A DNA stretch of 40,749 bases from assembly GCA_000708835.1 (NCBI GenBank), contig DF237669.1, forward strand, positions 1 to 40,749, given 5' to 3'. Each line of letters opens with the position of its first letter. The first letter of the stretch is position 1. Source of the stretch: Klebsormidium nitens (Eukaryota > Plantae > Klebsormidiophyceae). Under the pieces are notes generated by a model that was given only the letters and a program-made list of their open reading frames with translations, was not told where the DNA came from and did no database searches. Shown piece after piece: positions 21,903 to 32,100 of this stretch. Position numbers and translations under genes: made by a program.

Positions 21903-24900
21903 TTAGCGGCTGGGCGACCGGCTGTAGCGCCGGCCGCGGTCATAAGAGGGGCTCCTGCGGCGCTCGTACCGGTCATAAGACGGGCTTCTGCGGCGCTCAT
22001 ACCGGTCATAAGAGGGGCTCCTGCGATACCGATCATAAGAGGGGCTTCGGCGCCGGTAAACCGGGCTGGGGGACCGGTGAGAACTGCGGGCACATGTATT
22101 GGGGGGCAGGTTAGTGCCGGGTTTGGGGCTTAACCGAAAAGCTAACTTTGGGGGCTTGGTGGTGCCTAACCGAGACTCTGACCCCTTTTGTAACCCGTTT
22201 GTAACCGGGTCCAGACCGAACCTGTGCCCCAAAGGGACTGAGTTCCCTCAAACGTCAGCAAAAGGAAAACGTAGGTTAGTGGTTTACCTCGTGGGTTGGG
22301 TGTAGATGGGATGAGCGCGGGGGTAAAGGTAGACATGGTAATGACGTTGATCGGTGACGCAATGATGGATGGAGGCGTTGGGGATGGCAGAGGTAGAAGG
22401 GTTGCGGATGGGAGGAGCAAAACAAAAGCCACACTACAATTAGAACTGCCCTTCTCCTGCTGCTCCCCGCTTTCCACATCACAGGTAAAGTCCCTCCCTT
22501 TTCCTATACTTTAGTATCCAATAAAGTGACCTTCAATCTCGTAGATCTGAAACCGACTTGCCCAAAGCAGTAGGTGACCTGACATCAGAATGCATCACGA
22601 ACCTCAGGGCTCATAGGAAAACAGCATGCATGGATGCTTCTTCAAATAGCCAGTGCGCGTAGCGCCCTTGTTTGATAGCTGCTGCAGCTGATAAGCACTT
22701 CAACAGCATATGGATGCTCTGTTCCAATTAACGTCAGCAAAGGACCTCCAGAGCCAAGAATTGAATGTATGCTTGACATATAGCCCTGTACAAACCAGAC
22801 CTTGAAGCTCTGAGTAAACAAGACCTAAAGGCCCTTAAGGTTTAGAGCCGCACGTAACGACCCCTTAACTGCTAACCTAAAAGCCAGGACCCGCAAGTCT
22901 TCTCTGTTTATCCAATCACGGAAGGCAACCACGGTAACCATGTCTCAAATCCAACCTTTGAACAACCACAACTTACACCATCTTCAGACGTTAACAAGTC
23001 TAGTCCTAACCACCCCTGAAACCCCCAGACAAACCAATCACTTACCTGCGCCGGTAGCCAGGGGACCTCGACCGGCCCCTACCCCCACCCCTACGATTCC
23101 TGCACTCCCGAGCAAAGTGGCCGTACTCCCCACATTCATAGCACTTGGACTCCTCGTCGCGCCCCCTGCGAGGGCCGTCCCGCGCTCGTGACAACTCCAC
23201 CCGCCACCCATTCTTCCCTGCGGGAAGAGATGTGAATACACTCAGCATGTGACTACTCGACTTGAACAACTGAAGTCTATGTGCATCGAATTTGATTGTG
23301 TGTTCTATTCAGGGTGTGTATAAGAGTCAAGGTGGAACAGAAGGGGAACACTACGCAGCTTCTGTTGGCGGCAAGAGGTGTGATCAAACCGGTTGAGAGG
23401 CCAATCCGGTGTGAACATACTCAGGGTTGGCAGAAGAAATGCACTCTGCACCTCCTGATGGCTGCAGCAAACCCATGAGAAACATTTGCATTGCTACAGC
23501 AACGAAAACCTTTTCTACATCAAAAACGAGTGACAACCATGCACCCAACTTTCAACAACGGGCCCACTCTGGTCGTACTCTGACAAATGTAAAGCAGTAG
23601 ACAACCATGAGACCACCTAGATACAAACAAAATCCTGAAGACAATAGTCTCCTCGCATAATGTGTCCAACCAGCAAGGGAGACAACAGGGTTGCATTGAA
23701 TGAGCTCAAACCACCTTTTTCTTCCATTATCCGCTAGTGACTGCCAATGTGACCCTGAGAAGCGGACTTGAAACAACAAACTCGGTGTATCAGATTTTCT
23801 TACCATCAAGATCCCTGATCGCGTCATCTGCGTCGCGGGGGTCGTCGAACTCAATGAACGCAAAGCCAGGCGGCTTCCTGGCCACCCAGACGCTGCAATG
23901 GGAGAGTGGCAACACATCAACAGGGGCATAAACAGGACCGATAGTAAAGATCACTCGATTCTGTTACATAAGACGTGAACAAAACAAATTTCAGCCAACC
24001 AAACACTGCTGTTAGGAGTGAAATAGCAGGACCTCAATCACCAAGCTTGCACTTCCGCTCCCAAGAAGCGAATGAATAAAACAGCTTCTTATGCTAGTAT
24101 CCTGAAACTTCGGGTGAACTCTGCAGGCAGGGGTCCCTTGCAAATGGCCTGACTCCTAGCTACAATAAAGCGACACGAATGCTCCTAATCGCTCCAGGAA
24201 AGATTCAACGGCGACCAATCCCAAAATCTTTCCCAGACTGAAAAGTAGCAGACAGCTTTCATCAAACATAGGCGCTTAACGAACCTACATGTGAATCACA
24301 TCCATCGAACCGGTCCTGTATTGCATGCTTGGGACATGAACAGGATAGGAGCAGCACATACTTCATCACAGAGGTTGCAACCTCATTTACTGTACACCCA
24401 ACACCGAGGCACCACCCAAAGCCTTTGCAATTGCCGTCTACTATTGTAGACATGCTTCCGAAGCAGACCTATGACTTGCATGAAAGGAGCTATAGCAGAA
24501 ACGAAATGCGTTGATCAGAAATGGTCGAACAAATTGAAATTAGCCGCAAAAGCCAACAGTACAGCTTCTGAATGCATTTCATGCGCTCCAATCAACAGAA
24601 CCTTTGGACGCAAAGGATAAGATGCATGGATTGGTGGCCAACACTCTGCTTGTCTGCAAGCTTGTATGCAAGCTTGGACAAATATAGCACAAACATATAG
24701 CAAGCAAGCCAAGCTTTATTGACCTTTAATCTGCTAACGATGCATGGTAAAGTGCCAATGGTGCTATCGGTGTTGCTGTTTCTCTTTGATATCACACGAG
24801 GTGGGCCTATGCAAAAACATAAATAACCAAAGTATGCAGGAACATGGTAGCAACTGCTGTGGAAACTATGCGAGAAACTTACCTGCGCAGCACTCCAAAT

Positions 24901-24971
24901 TTGACAAAGATGTCCTCGAGTTCCCTCTCCGTTGCCCTGGGGTCCAGGCCCCCAACATAAACACGAGCCAT
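21903..24971 (-). CDS. RSZ22: RSZ-type SR splicing factor (RRM + CCHC zinc knuckle + RS domain), 176 aa isoform
   Basis: Exons 24971-24883 ([10 protein letters not shown]), 23892-23804 ([15 protein letters not shown]), 23217-23046 ([14 protein letters not shown]) and 22083-21903 (RSPSYDRY repeats, TAA). All splice sites are GT-AG and the phases are consistent. The symbol denotes the subfamily only. Confidence 0.93.
21940..22050 (-). repeat. Coding tandem repeat, 4 x R(R)RSPSYDR(YE)
   Basis: AGCCC(C/G)TCTTATGA(C/T)CG recurs four times at 24-30 nt spacing. Confidence 0.85.
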
Positions 24972-26134
24972 ATCAGCAAGACACACCGTTACCAGATGCT
25001 GACCTCTCCAGACAGGTAAACCCCGGACGTCGAGCTGACAAAGGGAGGTTTGTATCTAGATAAGTGAGGGCGTTCAAATCCGCCGCCAACAAGCAGAAGA
25101 AACTCTTCTTTCAAAACTTGCAAAGTGAAGCCGTCCTTGACTCCAATTGCAGGCTGCAGCAGCTCAGCTCAAGGCTCGAGGCCCAAGATGTTGATCACCA
25201 TCTAGAACATTCTCTTCACCAGTTTTGGGTTACGAGGCGGTTTCGAGTTCTCAGGAGTCCTGCAGTGTGTCTTCGACGCGGGGTTGGTTTCCAAACCTGG
25301 GTTACGGCGCGCGCACAGGAGGTGGTTGTCGAGCGGTCGTGCACACTCATGCACACCATGAGATTTGACACTCTGAGATTTGTGTGTCTGATGTCATTGT
25401 CAGTGAAGATGAGACAGTCTGAGACTTGCAGAAAAACACTTGCCCTGGCGTCGTTCTGTTTGACCCTGCAACGGTTTGTGGCTCCCAGAAAATTGATGCA
25501 GCAAGAAAAGGTGAGCAGCAATCTGAAGAGTTGAAGAGTGAAAAAGAGGATCTTTCAATCTTTCTCAGAAGATGCGCATTGAAGCCCATTTTTTGCACCA
25601 TTGTGAGCAGCTTGGTATCTGTGAGAAAGCTCTGAAGCATGGCTGAATGCATGCCTCTGAGCAGCCAGGCAGCGGAAACGGCGCAGGATCGAGCATTGCA
25701 ATATGACAGAGCACTGTCCAGCCAAAGCAAAGAACAGCTTTGAGGTCTCAAAAACCTTTCAGAACACCTGAGTGGCGAGTAACCGCATCAGCTACCCAAC
25801 TCACACTGCAAACAACAACAACTGCGGTGCTGCTTGTCAGTGCTCTCTTAAGCTCTGATTACGCCACAAGAATCTCAACCCCGCCTTCGTAGCTTACGGC
25901 ATGCTTCAAGGGTCACCTCATAAGCCAGCTGGATTGAAACGAGCTGTAAGAAAAGTCCCAGCTTGATCTGAGCTGAGTCCACTCGCACCTTCTCTTAGAA
26001 ACTTCCTCGAATATGGGGCAAGCTGGCTGGTAGCAGAAGTAAGCTGCGCCGATGCGCTTATGATGCATCATAAGCTGTAGCATCATAATTCATAGCATTG
26101 CCTGCTCGTGGCTGCGCCCTGACTAGCTGGCAAA

Positions 26135-29100
26135 ATGGCTGGGATCAGCGATCTTCTCACGAGCATGGGGATCAACATGGGGCTGGTGACCCTGTTCTTG
26201 ACCCTGTACTCGATGTTCAGCAAACAGCCTTTCAATGCCAGAGTGTACTTCACTCGCCAGTACATAAAGACCAAGGACTTTGGGAGGACAGAGAGCGGGA
26301 GGTTAGTGATAAACCCACTGGAATACTTGACTATGGCCGCCTGGTTGAAGAAGGCCATTGTGTTGCCAGAGGATGACCTCCTGGGGATTGCGGGGCTGGA
26401 TGCGGTGGTGCTGATGAGGCTCTTCATCCTAAGGTGAATTAAGTTCTTGGTATACTGATGGTTAGGCTAATGCCGCTTGCATTTCCGCAAAATTGCTTGC
26501 GAATCAAGCTTGCCACTGAGTTGATGGTCTAGTCCGTTGACCACTCGAAAATCCTCAAGCTCAGATATAATCTGAGAGGCTTCAGCATTGTTTAGCCCTC
26601 TCAGAATGTTTCAAGCATTTCCTCTGCCATTTAACACGTTCCATCATGGGGATGGAGGTGCTTGCTCCAGTCATTCCTCAATCGGTGATGAGGAAGGACT
26701 CTGCATCTCTCCACGTAAAGAGTTTGCTGAGCTTCTCTAAACAATCTAAATCGACACTGATTAAAAAATAATCCAGCCTGTTTAAACATGTCCGCTTTTT
26801 CGTACTTCTCTGCAGTATCAAGCTCTTTGGTTTCTGCTCCGTCATTGGCCTCTTCGTTCTGATGCCAATCAACGCCACCGACAAGTTCCTGACCCTACAC
26901 AAGGGCAAGATCAACTATGAGGGCATTGACAAGCTGTCTCTGGCCAATGTCAGCCTCGGATCCAAGAGGTAAGTACATGCAATATCTGTTCCCTGCTGGA
27001 ACGAAAACTCTCTGAAGTCAGGATGTTCTAGTCGAAGGGCAACATCTTTCTAGAATCTTTGTGTAAGGGACTCAAAAAGTTCAAGACTGTCCTAGCTCAT
27101 AAGATTCCAGTGTAGGATCCAGAGCAGGATGGTCCTTCACGTCCATCTCCAAGATCCACAGCATGCTAGACGACGGCTCACACGATTTTGAGCTAGCTTT
27201 TCTCCCACGTCTACAAATCGACCCTCTGAATTACATTAGAATCCATCTTGTGCTGCCGACAATGTCAGACGCAACAGTGTGCTAAACAGTTCGAATACTT
27301 TCCCAAGAGCTTCTGATTTACAGCCGAAATCTAGAGAGCGTTTCTTCGAGCGATATTATTGGTCGTTTTTGCTATTCAAAGGCTTTGGACTCGACAACGA
27401 GGGCAACCGGTCAGCCGCCAGCCGCAACTTCCTCCCTCCATTTCAAATCCTTCGGAACACTTTCAAGATTATCCTTTCCAGGCTTTGGGCGCACCTTATA
27501 GCTGTATACCTCATCAGCGGCTACGCATTTTGGCTGCTTTGGAAAGAATACAAGGAGATCAGCGAGATGCGCCACAGCTACCTGGCGGATGCGAAGCGCG
27601 CCCCGGACCAGTTCACAGTGCTGACGAGGCAGGTTCCCCCGAGCGCGACGGAGACCATCAGCGAGCACGTGGAGCACTTCTTCACCGTTCAGGTGAGGCT
27701 GGTGTGAATACTCTTCGGATTTGGTGTTTCCACTTCACATAAAATGGAGTTCCTCGACCGTCGGTCCTTCACGCAAAATTGCGGACAGCTTTGGATTCCA
27801 ATGCTCGATGCTGACGCTTCTCAAGCGGAGGCGGTTTAGCATTTTGACCTTCCAACTCTCTCCACTTTCATTGCCTTTCTGGTCTCCCGGCCATTCATTT
27901 TCAGGGGGGATTGTGCAGCTTGTATCCCGGCCCTTTGGTGGCGCACTTGTTTCAAGAACTTTCAGCTTCACTTGCACGCTTTCTCTGACTTGAATCGAGA
28001 AACTTGATTCTCATCTGAGTTTCAATTCGAGAAGCAATTCGATCGCCAGATAAGCGGAGCTTGATCTTTCCATCCTGCCGCTGTATATCCACTTCGAAAA
28101 CGACTCTTATGCAGCATCCCCATACGTATCTGACCCACCGCGTAGTCGTCGACGCCAACCACCTGGAAGATCTGAAGAAGCAGCGGGACAAAGCGCTGAA
28201 CAAGTGAGCGTCTGAAAAACGGCTCATGGAGCATACAGAAAAGGGAATGTGATTCATTGTTCCAGTGCTGTTAAATTAACTGGCAGCATACTGCAGCTTT
28301 CCGGTTTTTCGATATAGTAGGCTGGTGGTCCGGTCAATCATCACTGGCTGAGCGTATGAATCCAGCATTTATGAACGTTTTGCCAAAACCTTCACCATGA
28401 ACTCATTTTTCGCAGCTTGCTCTTGCCTGTCCAACAGACAAATTGTGTCGTCTTCTTGCCACGAAGCAAGTGGGTCCTGAAGTTCCGTATGGACTTCTCC
28501 CTTGAACCGACTTCGACGCACCTCGAGAGCTATCCCTTTTAGTTCCTTCCTCCTTTGGAAGTTAGAAGAAACTTTCTTGGTGTCCTGACTCCTTCATTTT
28601 TCCTTAGTCGCCTCATACGTCACTCCCTCCTCTTCCCTGATCATTTCGGATTTTATTTATGTCCGCCTTCATCCTTAATCCGCCTCATACGTACTGCAAT
28701 TCTTATCCAGACTCCGCTGTTCCGTCCAGATTGGAGGGCGCGGAAATCGTGCACGCGCGGAACCCCGAGAAGCGCCCCCGGCAGAAGCTGGGATTTCTAG
28801 GGCTCTACGGACACGAGGTGGATGCACTGGATCATTTCACCCGGGTGGGGATTCCGACCATTTCGAGCTCTATTTAATCGCTTGTAAAGTTCCTGAGAGG
28901 AGTTTACCGGGATGAGTGGAACGGGCCAGCAAGGCACAAGTCAGCTTTCATTAGAATCGTGAAATGGCACGAACAGCTCGTTGCGTCAAACCTGCCATGA
29001 GGTTTCACCCGCTCCCAGCATGGTTCCTACTTTTGAAGCGTCCAATCAACTATATCGGAGGCCGAAGCTAAGGAACCACGTTTAGATTATTTGAAACCCA

Positions 29101-32100
29101 TGGCAAGGTTTTACGCAGACCAATTGTATAAGAGGAAGAATAGGCGACGGAAACCAGCGTTTTCTGATCGCCAGTGTTTGACGTTTTGAAAGAACTGCGC
29201 GAACTCCATCAGAACTCGAGGAGCTGATTGGCGCCTGGTCAAAGAAGCCGCTCAGAAGACCGGCGGAAACATTCTGCCGTTTTCTCCCCCTCCTCGCATC
29301 GTTTACACTTGTCTGATTTGCAATTCTAGAGCCCTGGTTCTGTCCAGCTGAAACATGAATGTTCGTAACCCTTGTCCTACTTCAGAAACGCAACCGATTG
29401 AATGCTCTGATCGAAATTGTACTTGTAATTATAAAGCCCTAGTACTGTTGAGCTGAATGATTTGAACGTTGCAACCCTTGTCCTATTCCAGGAACGCGAC
29501 CGGTTGAACGCTCTGATCGAGAAGGAGAAGGAGGCTCTCCTACATAAGAAGCACGCGCTTATGCCCACTGCGTTTGTGAGCTTCAAGAGCCGATGGGGGG
29601 CCGCGGTTGCCGCACAAACTCAGCAAACAAGAAACCCGCAGGTGAGGTTAGAAATAGCCAGAAATGAGCGGTATGTTGGAATAACTCGCATTGGGCAAGA
29701 TTTACTTGGTTCGAATGCAGAGGATATCCTTTCAGATCTGGCAAGGACCTGCGTTCTTCGCGTTTTGCCGATACTACTGCTCGCCTCACCAGAGCGAAGC
29801 TTCGAAGCAAGGAAGCCTTGTCTATCCCCCCGTTTCGTTTCGCGCCATGTGCGGAAGACGAACATTATTCCCAAGAAGCGACGTGTTCCGCCCCAATCTT
29901 GCCAAACTCACCAACGGCAATTCCGTTGATTTGCGTATTCCGTGCCAGGGGTGAGGGAAAGGGCATCCGTCTCGGAGCCGCGCGACGAACTTTGTTTCAA
30001 TCTGGTGGGATCTTCAGCCAACTTTGTGAATCTTTCAATCCCACTCTTTCGAACTGGCCTCGCCATCTCATCTGCGATTCTCGGTCCGTTCTTCTCCGCA
30101 AGTTTGAAGATCGAAACGTGCCTCTCAAGTCGCGCGACGCGGTAACTCTGGCCCGACCTGGCAATCTTCGGACCACCTCCTTAGAATCTTTCTTTCTACT
30201 TCTGAGAAGTTGGTTCCAGTTCTACGTCTACTCCATTCCGTTCCGTTTCGTAGACATGGAAAACGGAATGGGCCGCGGACCCGCGCGACGTCTTCTGGCC
30301 AAACCTGGCCATCCTGCCCCACCCCATGCACATCGCACACTCTACTAGCTAGTTCGCGAACTTACCTCTGTTACATTCCGTTCCGTCCGCAGACTTGGAA
30401 AAGGGGATGGGCCCCGGACCCGCCCCACGTGTTCTGGCCCAACTTGACGATCCCGCCGCATCACCTGCTTATACTTTCACATATCAAACCCTACAAGCTG
30501 GTCACGCGATTGACTCTATTCCGTTCCGTTCCGTTCCGCAGACATGGAAAACGGAATGGGCCCCGGAACCGCGCGACGTGTTTTGGCCCAACCTGGCGAT
30601 CCCGCCGCACCACCTGTTTGTGCGGGAGCTCGCCGTAACCGCCGCCGTCTTTTGGCTGTGCTTCTTCTACATGATTCCGGTCGTGTTCGTGCAAACGCTG
30701 GCGGAACTCAAGAACCTGGAGAAGACGGGATCGTGGGTTAGGGCCATCGCGACCTGGTGGGTCACCGCTAACCATACACTATCTGCACTTCGTTTTCATG
30801 TTTCTTATAGTCTGGCCTCGAGGAGGTTGTTATTGGAGTCTGCTGACATAAGCAATGTCGTGATCCTCTTGGCCCGGGGTTTAGTCATTTCGTATACACG
30901 CTCATGGCCTGGGCTGATTTCGTCATCCTTCGCATTGAGATTATTGCAGTTGGTTCTTGATCAGCCAGAGGGGAGCTCAAGAGATTTGGAGAAGACCGGT
31001 TGGCTGGTTAGGGGCAGCGCAACGTGGCGGGCTTTATACTTGAGTTCGACCATTTTTCAGTCATGCTGCGTTGAGCCAATAAGGGCACAGTCCTGCAGCA
31101 CTACGCTTGAAGGGAGTGGGTGCACTTCGTAGAGCGCTTGGGGCACGGTCCCCGCCGAGTAGTAGGGTCGTCTTTAAAAGCACTCTGTTTCTGCAATCCG
31201 CATAGTTGCTCTTTGAAAACTGCCCGTCCGCTTGAGGATTCCGATACCTTCAAGGCTTGCCCTCCAGTCTCGCTCTAGAATCTCCTCATGCCCCTGCTCG
31301 AAATCCATGTCTCACGGTTCCGTCGATTGAGTGTCAGAAAAGATCCTGTAAAGTGCTTGAGCGCGTCCTTGACACCACTTCTGGCTCTTTTGCAGCCCAG
31401 GAATTGGCCAATTTCTACAGGGCTTTCTTCCGGGCCTCGCCTTGAAGCTGTTCCTTATGCTTCTTCCCGGGATACTTATGATACTGTCCAAAATTGAGGG
31501 CCACATCAGCAACAGCAACTTAGCGCGAGTCGCGGCGGGAAAGCTCTTTATGTTCCTGGTAAGAGAAGCGGCTCTGCAAACGCTTTGCAGAATTGTAAGA
31601 AGCCGAGCGTCGCTAAGCTTGAGCTTCTGGTACGTCCGAATTTCGTTTGATGTATCTTATGAGGCGTGAGTGCGGCTCGTCGCTCGATCTGAAAGAACCA
31701 GAAAGCACAAGCCTTGAACTCCAAAGTGCAGATCAGTCTAAACAACAGACAGCGCACGTAAACAGACATTAACAACGAATTCGATTGTCGACACAAATAG
31801 GCACAGGTGCGCTTGGACAAGGATGTGAATCAGAGCTTTCGCCACCGAGCGACAGAGAGCATCAACTAGGCATTCGGCTGACGTCGTTTCTCTGCCGCTC
31901 TGCAGGTGATCAACGGGTTCTTCGGTTCCGTGCTGACGGGTAGTCTGTTCAAGCAGCTCAACCTGTTCTTCTCTCAGCCCAAAAACATTCCCAAGGCGCT
32001 CGGAGCCGCGATCCCGGCCAAGGTGCGCGCGCGGCCGCCTTTGGACAACCCTTCAAACCATTTCAGCGCCCTCGTATGCCGACTCGTTATCGTAATTGCC

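Noticed and set aside
26645-27125. Possible echoes of the OSCA exon 1 and exon 2 3' ends (~26645-26710, ~27080-27125)
   Set aside because: Gapped, low-identity matches that need computed significance.
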